Below are positions 26,441 to 39,312 of a stretch of DNA of 64,000 nucleotides, piece after piece. How positions within the stretch are numbered: position 1 is the stretch's first letter; every line of letters starts with the position of its first letter. The position numbers were made by a program, and so were the translations under genes. Location of the stretch: NCBI RefSeq assembly GCF_009914755.1, contig NC_060930.1. One strand, 5' to 3'. The DNA is from the human T2T-CHM13v2.0 reference genome, Homo sapiens. The notes under the pieces are model-generated. The model saw nothing but the letters and a program-made list of their open reading frames with translations, made no database searches and had not been told where the DNA came from.

Positions 26441-27624
26441 CCAAAACTCTATGCTAGAATGTTACCTCCCAGAGCATTACTAGGATATTCCTAGAGTAAT
26501 TCTAGAACATTCACCTCAATCCTTTTGTTCAGAGTTCCCTACTCTACCATAGGTCTGAAAAAGCTCCTTAAAATGCTTCAATGTATAATTTACAAGCCCC
26601 CCTCACCCTACCCCCAATGGAGGGTAAGGACCCTCCATTTCCTGGTCCTTGTAACTACACCCTGTAACCCTGTTCCATATTTAATGAAACTATTTAAGTA
26701 ATCAAATTTGATCAGCACCCACAGAAGGACCCACTGTCCTGACCCAACACCAGCCTGCCTAGACAGCCCGTTAGTTAGGATGACGGCATGTCCACATAGA
26801 CAAACACCATCCACATACCCAGGCCTCTTCTTGCTGTGAGGACTAAACTCTCACAGTGACCCGGTGCTTCACAGAATTAATCCCTTTCACTGTGAGGCTT
26901 GCTAAGCAAAATAAGCCTCCAGTTTCTGTCTGCCGGGAACTTACCACAACAATTAATTTGGAGACATTTCCCTCTCTCTTGACTTATTCCTCATGTTCCA
27001 CTCTAAATTTAACCAGCAGACTCACTGGTTGTATTTTGACAGAACTGGTTGAGCACAGCTCCAGAAGCATGAAGGTTATTCATTTTAATCATTACATGGT
27101 TGCTCTTAACATAAGACAGATATTGCACTGAACACGTTCATTACCAAAAAGAAACCTGATCCTTCAACAACAGATCAACAGACTTGCTGAATATAGTTCC
27201 TCCATAGCTGTAGGACTCCTCTTTTCTCAGAATCCCTTGTGACTAAATAATATGTTTTGGCTTTAAGCATGTTCCCAAATGACTTCGTATTTCAAGTTAT
27301 AATGATGCAGAGTGAATCACGAAGTAGTTAGGCTACTTCGAGTAGATCAATCTCGTAACACTTTTCATTCATTTATTCATTCAAAAATCTTTCATGGAGT
27401 CAGACCCTGTGTGGCTCACACACACACATACAGAACTGTGTATTCACACATACTCTCTCACAGACACAAAGTGCTCAGTTTATCCTTAAAGAGGTCACTG
27501 TCCAGTAAGGAAAGCAGGCAAATATCTGCTATTACAGTGTAATAAGCACATACGCCAGCACGAGTCCTATGGAAGTGCAGAGGAGAGACACTGAACCCAA
27601 CCTAGAAGAAGTTTCCCAAGGAGG

Positions 27625-27950
27625 GTGCACAGGACTGAACGTGTGTGTTTCCCTACAATTCTTCTGTTGAAATCCTCACCCCTAATGTGGTGGTATTAGG
27701 AGGTGGGGCCTTCTAAGGTAATATGAATGGGATTAGCGCCCTTATAAAAAGGACCTACAGAGCTCTGTTGCCCTCCTTCTACCATGTGAGGAGGCACAAA
27801 GTCAGTCGTCTGCAACTCCATAGGGCCCCTCACCAGCACTCACCCTGCTGGCACCCTGGTCTCGGCTTGCAGCCTCCAGAGCTGTGAGAAATCATGCCAG
27901 TCGTTTATAAGCTATCTGGCCTTTGGTACTTTGCTAAAGCAGCTAAGGCA
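27625..27950 (+). mobile_element. MaLR LTR (MSTD-like)
   Basis: gttgaaatcctcacccctaatgtggtggtattaggaggtggggcctt...atgaatgggattagcgcccttataaaa...gcagcctccagagctgtgagaaat. Confidence 0.82.
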
Positions 27951-28094
27951 GGAGAAGACATCTGCATTGTACCTCTTACAGCTAACACAAGGAAGAAAAT
28001 TCACTCTAAATTAATTGAATGAATGGATAAATGAATGAATGGATCCACAGAGGACTGATGTGAAAGGTATGCTAACAATGGAAATAACTATACG

Positions 28095-28618
28095 AGGGTT
28101 TTCCCAAGGCAGGTCAAAAAGAAGCAAAGGTGGACACTAGGAAGAGTGGTCAGGATACATGTCAGTCAATAATGCACCATTGCTGGAGGGAGGAGGGCCC
28201 CACGCGAGCTGGACTCCGCTTTGATTTGTGCAGAGAGGACGGGGTGTTTAAAGGGGGAATGAGGGAGGAGGGAGAGGGGTGAGTGGGGGCCCAGTATAGT
28301 CAGAGAAGTTAACATTTCCAGAAAGCAGGAAGGGGACATGGTCTGTGTGAACCCATCTGGGTTTGCTGACTGAGCTTATGAAGTCAGGCTCCCACCACCC
28401 GCAGAGGCTGGGAGTCAGAGCCCGTGTCTTCCACTTGTTGGCTGGAACAAACAGTAGATTCTTTTAGCAGCCTTGAGTTTTCTCAGGCAGGCACTGTAAG
28501 GGGCTAGGGTCATTCCAGGGATGTGGCCTTAAGCTGATAGAGGTCATGCTAGTGTTTGTTCAAGTCTTTATGGATCAAGAGTCTGGCTGGAGTCTGGTCA
28601 AGGAGGGACTCTTTGTTA
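28095..28618 (-). mobile_element. ERV1-class solo LTR (MER67/MER31-like)
   Basis: Reverse strand begins aacaaagagtccctccttgaccagac and contains aaagacttgaacaaacactag and gtgcctgcctgagaaaactcaaggctgc. Confidence 0.65.
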
Positions 28619-28859
28619 GGCGCTAAGAGACTGTGGGGGCCCCCATCTAGGCTCTGCAGAACCCCAAGAGGGCCCTCCAGGGGAGAACTGCTGGAACCCG
28701 GACCAGGGGGAGTTGTCCAGGAGTGGAACCATCTGCCTAGCAGCATGGGAGAGCATGGTGAGTTCTGGAAATATTTGATTTTTCTAAAGCAGGGAATGAG
28801 TTGGGGAGAGGGGCTGAGGGGGAGGCTGGATGTGTCTCTGAAGCCACAGAACATGAACA

Positions 28860-29290
28860 GCCAGCAGTGGATTTGGGGATCTTTCCTGGAGGTGATGGGG
28901 AGCCAGGGAAGCAAGATGGCTGTGATCAGCAGGTGGCTGAGGATGAGAGGTCTGCAGTCTGAGGCTGTGGCAATAATTCCTGGAGAAATGATGAGGCTCT
29001 CAAGGAGGCCTGCTGCTGGGGGTCCAGGAGGACTGGGTTGGATTTTTAAAGTACATATTTAAAGGACTGTTAGCTTGGGTGGGAATGGGAGGCATGAGTG
29101 TGAGCTGACGCCCAGTTTCCTGGCTGGGTTGTCTGGATGGGTGGAGGGCATCGTGGAGAGAGGAAAGCTGGGAGAAGCCAGGCTGGGGGATAATGAGGTC
29201 AGTCTGGACCTGCAGCTCTCACTGGAACATCCCACTTGTGTAGGCTGTGGGCTGCGCAGTCCCAGGAGAGGGCTGGAAGCTGAAAATCCC
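28860..29290 (-). mobile_element. L2 LINE relic
   Basis: gaggtgatggggagcca, gaggctgtggcaataattcctggagaaatgatgagg, gacgcccagtttcctggctg..tctggatgg. Confidence 0.6.
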
Positions 29291-29879
29291 TCCACATGCA
29301 TTTTTCACACCCCAGAAGGTATTCACCTCCAAATCATGCCGGCTGAGAAAACTGCCTTGAGCCTGCGGAGAATTTAAAACTGCCAGTAAAGACAATGTGA
29401 CTGCAGACTTCCTGACCATTGTACTATCCTCCTTACCTCTGTCTCAGCCACAGCCCACCGTCACCTCAGAAATTACCGGTTTCCTGTGATTGCCCTCATG
29501 ATGCTGATATCGATCTCCCTGTTGTCTCTCACACTTTTAGTTATCAGGGACAAACTTAAAACCCTAGTCCTCGAGGGCAGTGACATGAGGGCTATTTTCA
29601 CTGGGGAAGGACTGGTGGTGAGGAGTGGTTGGGAAACAGCGAGCAGAGAACGGCAGCATGTCTGTGACATTCCATCAGGAGCGCCTGGAGCTGCACAGCA
29701 GATGAAACAGGCAATGATGGGTGCTTCTGTGATGGCCCCCACGCCCACCCCCGACCAGCAGAAGCCTGCCCTTCTGCAGAAGGCTTCCAGCTCACTGCCC
29801 CATCTTTGCTCCCAAGTCACTAGGTGTAAAAATGGACATTTCTTGAACAACTACGTCTTGCCAAGCTCTGGGCTGAATG

Positions 29880-30165
29880 CTTCATATACATCATTCCACT
29901 CAATTATATAATTATAAAATACATACATATATGCATTATATTGCATAATTATAATTGTTATATATACGTTATGAACATGTAATGTATTATATACATCACC
30001 TCACCCAATTCTGATATATAATTAAACTTAGTATATATACAATATGTCTATAATGTATTATATATATCACCCCATCCAATTCTCATGTGTAATTAAAATT
30101 AGATTTTATATACATTATATATATGTATATAATGTATTATATATTACCCCACCCAATGCTGCCCA
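29880..30165. repeat. AT-rich imperfect tandem repeat (~4 units) expanded inside a MIR-like relic
   Basis: tatacatca(c/t)(c/t)cac(c/t)caatt-type motif recurs near 29885, 29990, 30061 and 30140, separated by TA-rich spacers. Confidence 0.6.
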
Positions 30166-30539
30166 AAACCCTTAGGTGGATGAGAACATGGCGGCTTCCA
30201 GTAACTGGCCAGTACCACACAGCAGATCCAAGTTCAGAGTAATCTAAGGCCTTTGGACCACCACAGTAGGCCACTTCACCAAATGTTGTCTCCCTGGGTC
30301 CTCTTCCTCTCTCTCACCAGATTCATCACTCCTACCCTTGGCGTTGGTCAGAGCCACAGAGCAGCAAAGGCTGCACCCACCCACCTGGGCAGCCATTACC
30401 GTGTTTGGCTCTGTGGCCTGGAGTCCAGGCTCCGGGCGTCTGCCCTCCCAGGGCTTCACATGACGCCCTCCAGGCACCACTTCTGGCTGGGGACAATCAA
30501 ATCCCGGGAACTGTGTGGCAGAAACTGCGGCTGGCTCCC

Positions 30540-30921
30540 GAGTGTCAATTTAGAACCCCCAGTTCTTCATCATCCCGGTCCTGTATAAAGACTACATTTC
30601 TTAGCCTCCTTCGGCCTGGGTGTGGCCATGTGACTAAATTCTGGCCAATGGGGTTCAAGCAGAAGTGATACACGCAAATCCCAGAAACTACTGCATACGA
30701 AGAAGGGAGTCGACCCTTTCTTACCCCTTCCTCCATCCTGCTGGATGGAGTGTGGAAGCCATGGCTGGAGCTCAAGCAGCCCGAGCCTGGGTCTTTGGGG
30801 AACAGCCATAGCAGGCTGGACTGCCCGCTTTGCAACCTCTTATGGGGTGCATCAAACACCTTGTGTTTGAGCCACTGTTCATTCAGGTTTTCTGGCAGTA
30901 ATCTTATTCCTACCTGATACA
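30540..30921 (+). mobile_element. Old ERVL/MaLR LTR (MLT1J/LTR33-like)
   Basis: gactacatttcttagcctcc..ggtgtggccatgtgactaaattctggccaatggg..gcagaagtga...atggctggagctcaagcagcc. Confidence 0.65.
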
Positions 30922-32407
30922 GGCAATGATGGTGTGTGGAAGCTATTGCTATTTATCCTATTTTCTCTAAATTAAACATTTTTCACCTGCTGAGTGACTC
31001 ATGCTGACTCTCTTAGAACAGAAAAAGCTGCCCATGCATTAGGGGACATTTATATTCCTTGTCACACTGCATTTTGTTATACCATGGGGGGATGACAAGA
31101 ATAGAACACAGCACATTTTGCAGCTGAATAAGCAAACTGTCCAATCCCAATCATTTGTGCTCTTATTTCTCATGGACTATTTATGACTTTTGTTCTGCAT
31201 CATTAAACATTAACCAAAACTCAACTTATCTTCCGGCCCACAAAAGATCCAGAACGCTTTATCAGTGACCAGTCTCCCCATTGAGGCCATAAAAACCTTC
31301 CTCTCTCAGACACTTTGCCTCAAATGACAAGCCTCTTGTAGTGATCTAGAATCTTCTTTTATTCAGTGCACTGACTCTATCTGTCTACTTTTTCTTTCCT
31401 GTTGACTGTTCCCAAAGCAGACCAGAAGAGAGGCAGTATTCTGGGAAGGCACAGGTAGACAGACCCTTCGCTTACCCTCACGGCTGTTACACAACTATTC
31501 CCAAGTTGTCCTTCTCTGACTATGGTGTGCTATCTTTTTAATTCATGTATAATTCTGGTGGCTGGTCCTTTATATAAACTGGGAGTTGATAGTTTTGCAA
31601 ATGCCCTTTGGTATTAATTGACTATTTACTATGTGTTCCAAACTATTCCTTAGAAGACATGGAAGAAAACTACAAAGGATCCTTCTCGCAAGTCCCCAGA
31701 CAATAGCCAGGTGGGTTTCTTTATGATTTTATGAAAAGCACATTATTTTTAGTTTAAAATATGGATTTTTGCTGTATACTGGACTGGAAATCAGGGCCAG
31801 AAATTATAAATCTGTTTAAATGTAAATTAACAGGTAATAATAGTAATGGTCTGTACAACCATCATTGTACCTTATTCACCCATTGCAAGAGAAAATACAG
31901 CTGTAGGTGAACAGTTTGACAGTTGTGTTGAAACAGCCCAGATTTACTGTAAGTTTTCCATGAGCAAAACTACAATGTTTATATCAAACTGTAGTCTTTC
32001 TGAAAGTAGATATCCAAGCAGTCCAGTAACATGAAGAGACAGAGTTTAATTTCAACTCTACCAGTTTAGTCAAGCAACTTAAACTGCTTTCTTTCTGAAT
32101 GCTCTCATAGCAGCAATGGGTTAGTAATGCTCACGTGTGGGGCTGCCTAAGGCATGAAGTGGGCCAGCATCTCTGGGGATGCCTAGCACAGTGCTCAACA
32201 GGTAGAGCCTTCTCTATAAATATTGATGAACTCTGAGCCCAGACCTATAGTTTCATATGAATAAATAGGTACTGAGAAAATGCAACATTCATGGTTAGCC
32301 ACATGCTCTAAAAATTTAAAAATCTAAATTAAGAAATACATCCTGACACTGAATGCAGGTTAATTAATGTAGCTCATGGATAGAATTTCAAAATGAAGGT
32401 AGCAGCC

Positions 32408-32545
32408 AATAATAATGATAGTAATGACAATAAATATTATTCAGCACCACTATGCATCAAATATTGTGCCGGACATTTAATCCTCACAGTGACTTTATGG
32501 GAAGGTATTATCACCCCCATTTTACAGATATGGATGCAGATCTAG
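32408..32545 (-). mobile_element. MIR fragment
   Basis: catttaatcctcacag...ggtattatcacccccattttacagat. Confidence 0.65.
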
Positions 32546-34039
32546 AACAAGTGGTGGCTGCAACAAGAGATGAGGGAAAAGCTGGGGCCCTTAGGTCTAG
32601 GAGGCAGTGAGACCCAGCTCAGCCCCAGGTAGGCTTCCTGTAAGTGGCCCTTCCCCCAGTGCAAGTGCAGCTGAGTCCTTCCTTCCTCTAATCAGGCGTC
32701 AGCATATTATAAATGGCATGAGAGAAGAGGAAAACTTGCAAGGTATTTAGGAAAGAGTACGGAACTGAAGAGGGCCAATTGCGTGAAGCCAAAAGCAAAC
32801 AGATAGATGCACTCAATAATCTGGAGAAGTGAGTTGGCAAGGAAGCATTTCTCCTTGTGAATTCATTTACTGGCACCATTTTCTCTAAATTTTGGCCTTT
32901 AGGATTCTCCAGGTCAACACCCTCTTCCAGGCTTCAAGCAAGTCATTGGCTTCAGCATCTGTGAAAGCCAAGGAATGTTATGTAATTGTCTCATTCTCGT
33001 GCATATGTATGTTCTTCTAAGGAGAAGGCTCCCAGTGTTCATCAGATTCCAAAGTAATCTATGAGCTGAAAAGGGTAGAAGCCCTGCTCCAGACTGCCTC
33101 CGCTGAGAGCCAGGCATTGCTCTGCAGGGATGAAGCTCCACTTGGATCCTGCCCATGGCCAGCTGAAGCCCCTTCTGCCTCTTGGAAGTCCTGGAGCCAC
33201 TTATTTTAAGAACATGGCCTGTAGTGTGGATCTTCAACTGCTGATTGCAATGGATTCAACGTCCCTTGACCGGGCAGTGTGCCAGGGAAGCTGCATTTCC
33301 TCCGCAAAGGCTGGCAGAAAAACTTAGGCCCCAACTTAACAGAAAACACGAAGGAGCCAGAGTCAGCTTTCCTTTTACAGTCAGAGGCTCCCCACACTGG
33401 TGGTGAATCCTCAGCACAGGCGAAAAACAGGAAGGGATAAAAATGAAGGAAGTCTCTTGGCCAGTGGTCTTGAAGTGTTCCTTCCACACGGGTCCACTTC
33501 AGCCTGCCTGTGGGCATCCTCTCCTTTCTGCAGTGGTTACTTGCAGTGCATCTCAGCCTTTCTACTGGAGTTCCATTCTCCACTTAGGGCCAAGCAGCCT
33601 GTCTAACCCACGGTGCACACAGGAATGCAAAATATCCCCTGCTGTGTGCTGATGCCTCATGCAGCAGGAAGCAGTCCCAAGGTGTCCTGAAATTAACTTA
33701 CCAAGTCGCATGCAGCATTTCCTTCCTTTTATTTTCGTTTGGAAAGAGACTGGAATGGAATGGAATAGACAGACTAGACTAGAACATATCTGAGTCATTG
33801 TGTGGTAATGACTTCTTGAAACTTTTGTTTCAGTGTGTGTGGTGGGGTAAGGGGGGATCACAATTTAAAATGTTGCCTCTCAGTCAGAAAACAACTTGGA
33901 AGGATGAATCTCAGGCCATCCACGGAGCTTGCACATGATGTCCAGGGCCTTCTGAAGGGCTGTGAAGTTGCAGGGTAAACAACAACAAAAGCAGCGGGAC
34001 AGAGGGCCTTGATTCAGGTCCAGGAGGTGCTGGGTCCTC

Positions 34040-34180
34040 AGTCAAGTCCCACCGTCCCTTTGAGCCTTTCTTCTCATCTGTAAAATGAGGATAATCAGTC
34101 TCACTTCGCCTGCCTTGAAGGGTTGTTGTGCGGCTCAAACGGAACAGTGTTTGCTAAATGTGGTGCACATCATAGGACAA
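34040..34180 (+). mobile_element. MIR fragment
   Basis: ctttgagcctttcttctcatctgtaaaatgaggataat...agggttgttgtg. Confidence 0.65.
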
Positions 34181-34281
34181 GGCTTATGTAAGGCATTTTG
34201 GAATTTTTATTTATAGTGGGAAGTTCAAACCAGGAAAAGAAGAGATGGATAATAGCGTTGTTCAGGGTAGGTTGCACAGGG

Positions 34282-34634
34282 TGCTATGGTTTGAATGTGT
34301 CCCCCAGAAATCATGAGTTGGAAACTTAACCCACAATGCAATGGTGGTGGGAGGTCGGGCCTAATGGGAGGAGTTGCATCACGACAGCTCCACCCTCATG
34401 AATGGATCCATGCCATTATAAAAAAGCCAGACCCTGCGAGTTCACCCTCTTGCTCTCTCTCACCTTCTCTTTGCCATTTTGCCGTGGAATGAAGCAGCAA
34501 GAAGGCCCTCGTCAGATGCCAGCCCCTCAGTCTTGGACTTCTCAGCCTCCAAAACTGTGAGAAGTAAATTTCCTTTCTTTATAAATTACTTAGTCTGTGT
34601 ATTCTGTTATAGCAACACAAAACAGATTAAGACA
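34282..34634 (+). mobile_element. MaLR solo LTR (MSTB-like)
   Basis: tgctatggtttgaatgtgtcccc...ccctcatgaatgg...tcttggacttctcagcctcc...ttctgttatagcaacacaaaacagattaagaca (TG..CA). Confidence 0.88.
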
Positions 34635-35399
34635 GAGAGTGTCAAAGATCCCTCAAGTCACCCCACGTGGCAGTCTCGGCAGTCTCCCAGTTCTCCTGCA
34701 TGTCCAGCCAGATGAGACTATCCAGGTAATGCCTCAGGAATCCTCCTACCGCAGTGATTCTAAGCAACACAAGCAAAGGAAGTTTCAAGTTTGTTTTGTT
34801 TTTAAGTGTTCTTGACCCTAGGGCTGGTATTTGATAGCACCTGAATGTCTAGGGCTGACCAGTTCTTTCTGGCTCACTCCACCCCTGCAGAGCCGTAGGA
34901 AACCCATGCAACTTCCTCATTGCCCATGAGGCAAGGCAAGTGGTAGCGCACGCCTCTTATGGAGTGAACACTACTGTTCTTTCTACTTCATGGGAAGGTC
35001 TTGCAAAACATTGGTTCTGTCTTCTTGCATGAATCATAGACTAAAGAATGAAGAAACACTTCTGAGTAACAAACAAGGAAGAAAGAAAAGGAAGCAAGCT
35101 GTGGTGATGCGTTCTTGGAACATAACTCCAAGTCAGTTCATAGGAGCGAAATCAACGTGTAGATCTTTGTGTAAGGTTTTGCTGCTAAAGGACAAAAAAA
35201 AAAAAACTTTCCTTTTCCTTTTTTTTCTGAGTAAAAAGATAACAGACACTCATAAAAATCAAATAACGAAATTAGATCCCAAGAAGAGGACAATGTAAGC
35301 AATTTAAAGCACATTTTCCCAAACTTGTGTCTTTTACTAAACTAAAAGATTGATACACATACATGGGCACAGTATAGATGTCATTTTCCACTCCATGTT

Positions 35400-35880
35400 T
35401 TCTTACCCATCCACATGACGGAGAGCTTTATCCATGATGGTGGATGAAAATCTAGAACACTGCTATTAGTAGTAGCATTCTGTCATAAAAATGAAGCAGG
35501 ACTTATTAGTCAATCTCACTGAAGGATGTTTAAGTTGCTTCTGAATTTTTGTTTCTATAAAAAAAAATGCCAGGATAAACATTCTTATATATTCATTATT
35601 GTGCATTTGTTCAGTTATCTCCCAGGAATAAGTTTCTGAGAGAAGAATGACTGGGTCAAAAACTATCAGAATGTTCAACGTTAATGTATATTGCCAAATT
35701 GCCCTGCAGAAATGGGGCATCAGGTCCTACCATCCCAGAATTGCACAAGAGAACCCATCTCTCCACATCTAACCAACAGTGGTTACTGTCAATCTTTTCA
35801 CCTGTTTTCCAATCTGATAAGTAACAAATAATATGTATTTGTTGTTTTAATTGCATTTCTTTGATTTCAGTGAGATGTTA
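35400..35880 (-). mobile_element. Old L1M (L1ME-like) fragment
   Basis: tattgccaaattgccct..aga, ccaatctgataag, gttgttttaattgcatttctttgatt in L1 antisense orientation. Confidence 0.7.
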
Positions 35881-35914
35881 AATTACTAATTGTTATCAAT
35901 GCAAATATACTACT

Positions 35915-36150
35915 AGCAGTGACAATTGCTAATCTGCACTGAAAAATTTCTCTGCACCAGGCACTTTACTAAGCCCTTTACAGAATTATTTTCTTTTATC
36001 CTCACAATAACCCCTCAAGGCAGGGAAAATAAGTATCCCTATTTTACAGATAAAAACAAAGGCTTAGAGAGGTTACTTTGCTGAAGGTCATGGAGCTAGT
36101 AAATAGTGAATCCAGAACTCAGTCCAGGTAGATCTACCCCCAAAGCCCAC
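35915..36150 (-). mobile_element. MIR
   Basis: caccaggcactttactaagc..atcctcacaataacc..ctattttacagata...aggcttagagaggtt..cttgctgaaggtca. Confidence 0.75.
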
Positions 36151-38929
36151 ACTGGGTAGCAAGCATTATCCTTCCATTTATTTCCATACACACACTCACT
36201 AATTCTGTGTTTCCTCTACGTATGTTTCCACAGGCGAGTTTTATGTCTTTATGACCTTTGCTCATTTTTTTTCAATTGGAGTGCTTATGTTTTTCTTATT
36301 AATTAGCAATAACTTTTGGCTATTAAGAATATTAATTGCCATTTTTAAATCTACTTTTTTCTCTATGAAATGTAATTATATACAATTTACAACTTTCACT
36401 TCTGTTTGTGATTAGTGCAATGATGTGAGTAATGACTTCAATAAGCCCTGAAGCCTGATGTCGTACTCCTCAGGTATAGGTGAGCGCAAGAAGCTTAGCC
36501 AAGCAGATGGGGTTAGATTTTGCTGGTAGCGCAGCCATGGACATTAAGAGGGTTGGATAAAAGTGCACACAGCAACAGGAATGGGGGATGAAGTGACAGA
36601 GAAAGCTAGCAGACAGGGTCGCACAGTTGCAATTTCCCCTTCGTGAGCCTCTATAGGAAAGGGGTCTCTTTTTCAGTTTTTCTCACCTTGCGGGACTTTT
36701 TCTGACACTTTCCCTTACTTCTGCCACCATATCCCAAGAACAGGAGTTTTGTCACACAGTACAGTTTTAGGGCTTCAAAATCTCTTCTTTTCATTCCAAA
36801 ATTTGAATTAATCCTTTATCAAAGCAAAGATTAAGCTTTGACCACAGACCATCTTCCCTAAAGCAGGACAGGTGCCAAGGGGGACATGGGGGATTGGGGC
36901 CCAGCTTGGGTCCCACCAGGCACTGACTGGCAGTGTGACCATAAGGAAGTTGTTTTTCCATCCCCTGGCATTGGTTTTCTCACTAGTAGAATGGGGATGA
37001 TACAGCCATGTCACAGATGGCTTTGAAATTATATAAGAAAACGTTTACCAAGCACCAATGCCTGTGTGACCCTGAGTGTTTAGAAGCTGGGCCTCTGCCG
37101 CCACCGGTGTCTTTAGAGATGGGGACATCCAAGTCCTCTAGGGCTTTCACTGGAGAAATGCGAAACACTGCTAGGACTCAGCTACCCTGCTACTAAACTA
37201 GCACTTCAGTTGACGTTTCTCCAAGATTGTCCCAAGAGACACTTCCAGAGCTAAACGGCAGGACAGCAAGACATTTCCTCGCTCCAGTTGCCCTCTTCTC
37301 CTCTGTGTGGGCACCAAAGCCCTTCACCTGCTGCCTCATCCTAGAATCCACAATTCCTTGCCTCAGTGACTATTGTTGAAATATCTGTCGTCCCCAAACC
37401 CTCTATCTTTGGCTTGGATTACACAGGATATAGTTATACTACAGAGTTATAGTATAAATGAAGCAATACCAGGATTCATTCAGAGAAGATTCCCCAGAAC
37501 ATCAGAACTCATTGGAAGTAATAGATGAGAAAGGCAATCCTCCTAATTTCCTACAAAGACCAAAACAATCCCTCCTTTGCTGATGCCGGCTAGTTAGTTC
37601 CCAGCCATCCCTCTCCACCCCCAGCACGCCCCTCCTTTGGCCTTGGGGTGGGTTTATTGTCATAGCACCCTTCGTTTGCAGAGCAATGTAGATGTAGAGG
37701 AAATGGAGTTATGTGCATGGAGCCCCACTCTTTGCCAAGCACTGTAAACACACCTCATCCTCACAGCAGCCCAATGAGATCCCTATCATCACCTACTTAA
37801 CAAAAAAGGAAGCCAAGATCCAGAAGTCTGAACAGTTCCCAAAGCCACATAACTGGCCAATGACCAAAGTGCAACTCCTACCCAGCTGCATGTGCCTCCA
37901 ACGCCCCTCGTCGCCCCGCCATGCACTCATCCTTACAAAGCACTTTCACATGTGTTTTCTTCTTAGTCTGCCCCCAAATCCTTCAAAGTAGCACAGCTCC
38001 CTTCCCACTGTCTCCATTTATTGATGTGGGGCTGAAAGAAGCTGCAGAATGGATTCTTATCCTCACTGAGTGGCATGTGGTGCCTCTGGAGCCAGGACCC
38101 CAGGCATGGGCCTGCACCCCACCCAGGTAGCCTCCTACAGCCAGGCCTGGGATGGAGAGCAGCCACCTGAGAGCTCCAAAGTCCTCCACTGAAGGAAGAC
38201 AAAAATATTTACCTTGTTTCTGTGATCAAAAATATTCTACTTAGAAATACTTCTGGATATTTCAACAAGATCTAAGTCCACATTGACCAACTCACTGGGG
38301 AATCCTGACTTCAGGGGCCCTGGACCCCCAACCCTCCTCCCCAAGAGGATCACTTAGCTTCAGCAAGAAGGTGCTGCTGTATAGGCCTTCAGCCCCAGCT
38401 GGAGGTCATCTCCACAGCTCCTTTTACTTGTAAAAGTTTATCAGTACAACCAGCCCCTGAGGGCCACAGAATTAGAGGTAAAACCAAGCATAGCTCTGAA
38501 GGAGGAAGTATCGAACTGCAGCCAAAACAAATGTTGCCTGAGACGAGGGATTAGAATAAAACTACAAGAAGAGCTGGCACAATAAACACACTTACGCTGC
38601 ATTATTCAAGGGCATGAGGTATGAAGGGCAGCTCACCTTGGAGAATGCAATCGTCTGGTCAGCTTGCAGCCATTTTAAGCTGCATTCAGTGAGGTGTCAT
38701 TAAGGCTTTGGAACATTCTCACTGGTATCATAGACTTTTTGAACTCAAAAGGATCTTTGAGACAATCCATTCCCATCCTCATATCTAACAGTTGATGGAA
38801 CTAGTGTCCAAATAAGTTCAATGACTTACTCAAAGTTATTTAGCTGGTCAGTAACAGAAAAGTGACCAGAAGTCAGGTGCAGAGCTTCAATAACATCAAC
38901 ACAGATTGCCAAGCCCTCAAAGACACTGT

Positions 38930-39312
38930 TTATGTGCACATACACAGGCACATGTATACACGTGCATATGTGCACACAGACACATACATATGTGATGCAA
39001 ATGTAAGCACACATGCACATACATACATGCGCACGCATATACTCACATACATACATGCGCACACATATACTCACATACATACATGCACACACATATACTC
39101 ACATACATACATGCGCACACATGCACATGCATACATGCGCACACATATACTCACATACATACATGTGCACACATACTCACATACATACATGCGCACACAT
39201 ATACTCACATACATACATGCGCACACACATACATGCACACACATGCACATACATACATGCGCACACATATACTCACATACATACATGCGCACACATATAC
39301 TCACATACACAC
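38930..39312. repeat. CA/TA-rich compound repeat with 28-bp unit catacatacatgcgcacacatatactca
   Basis: The unit recurs many times with variants between ~39017 and 39310; nearly continuous purine-pyrimidine alternation. Confidence 0.93.
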
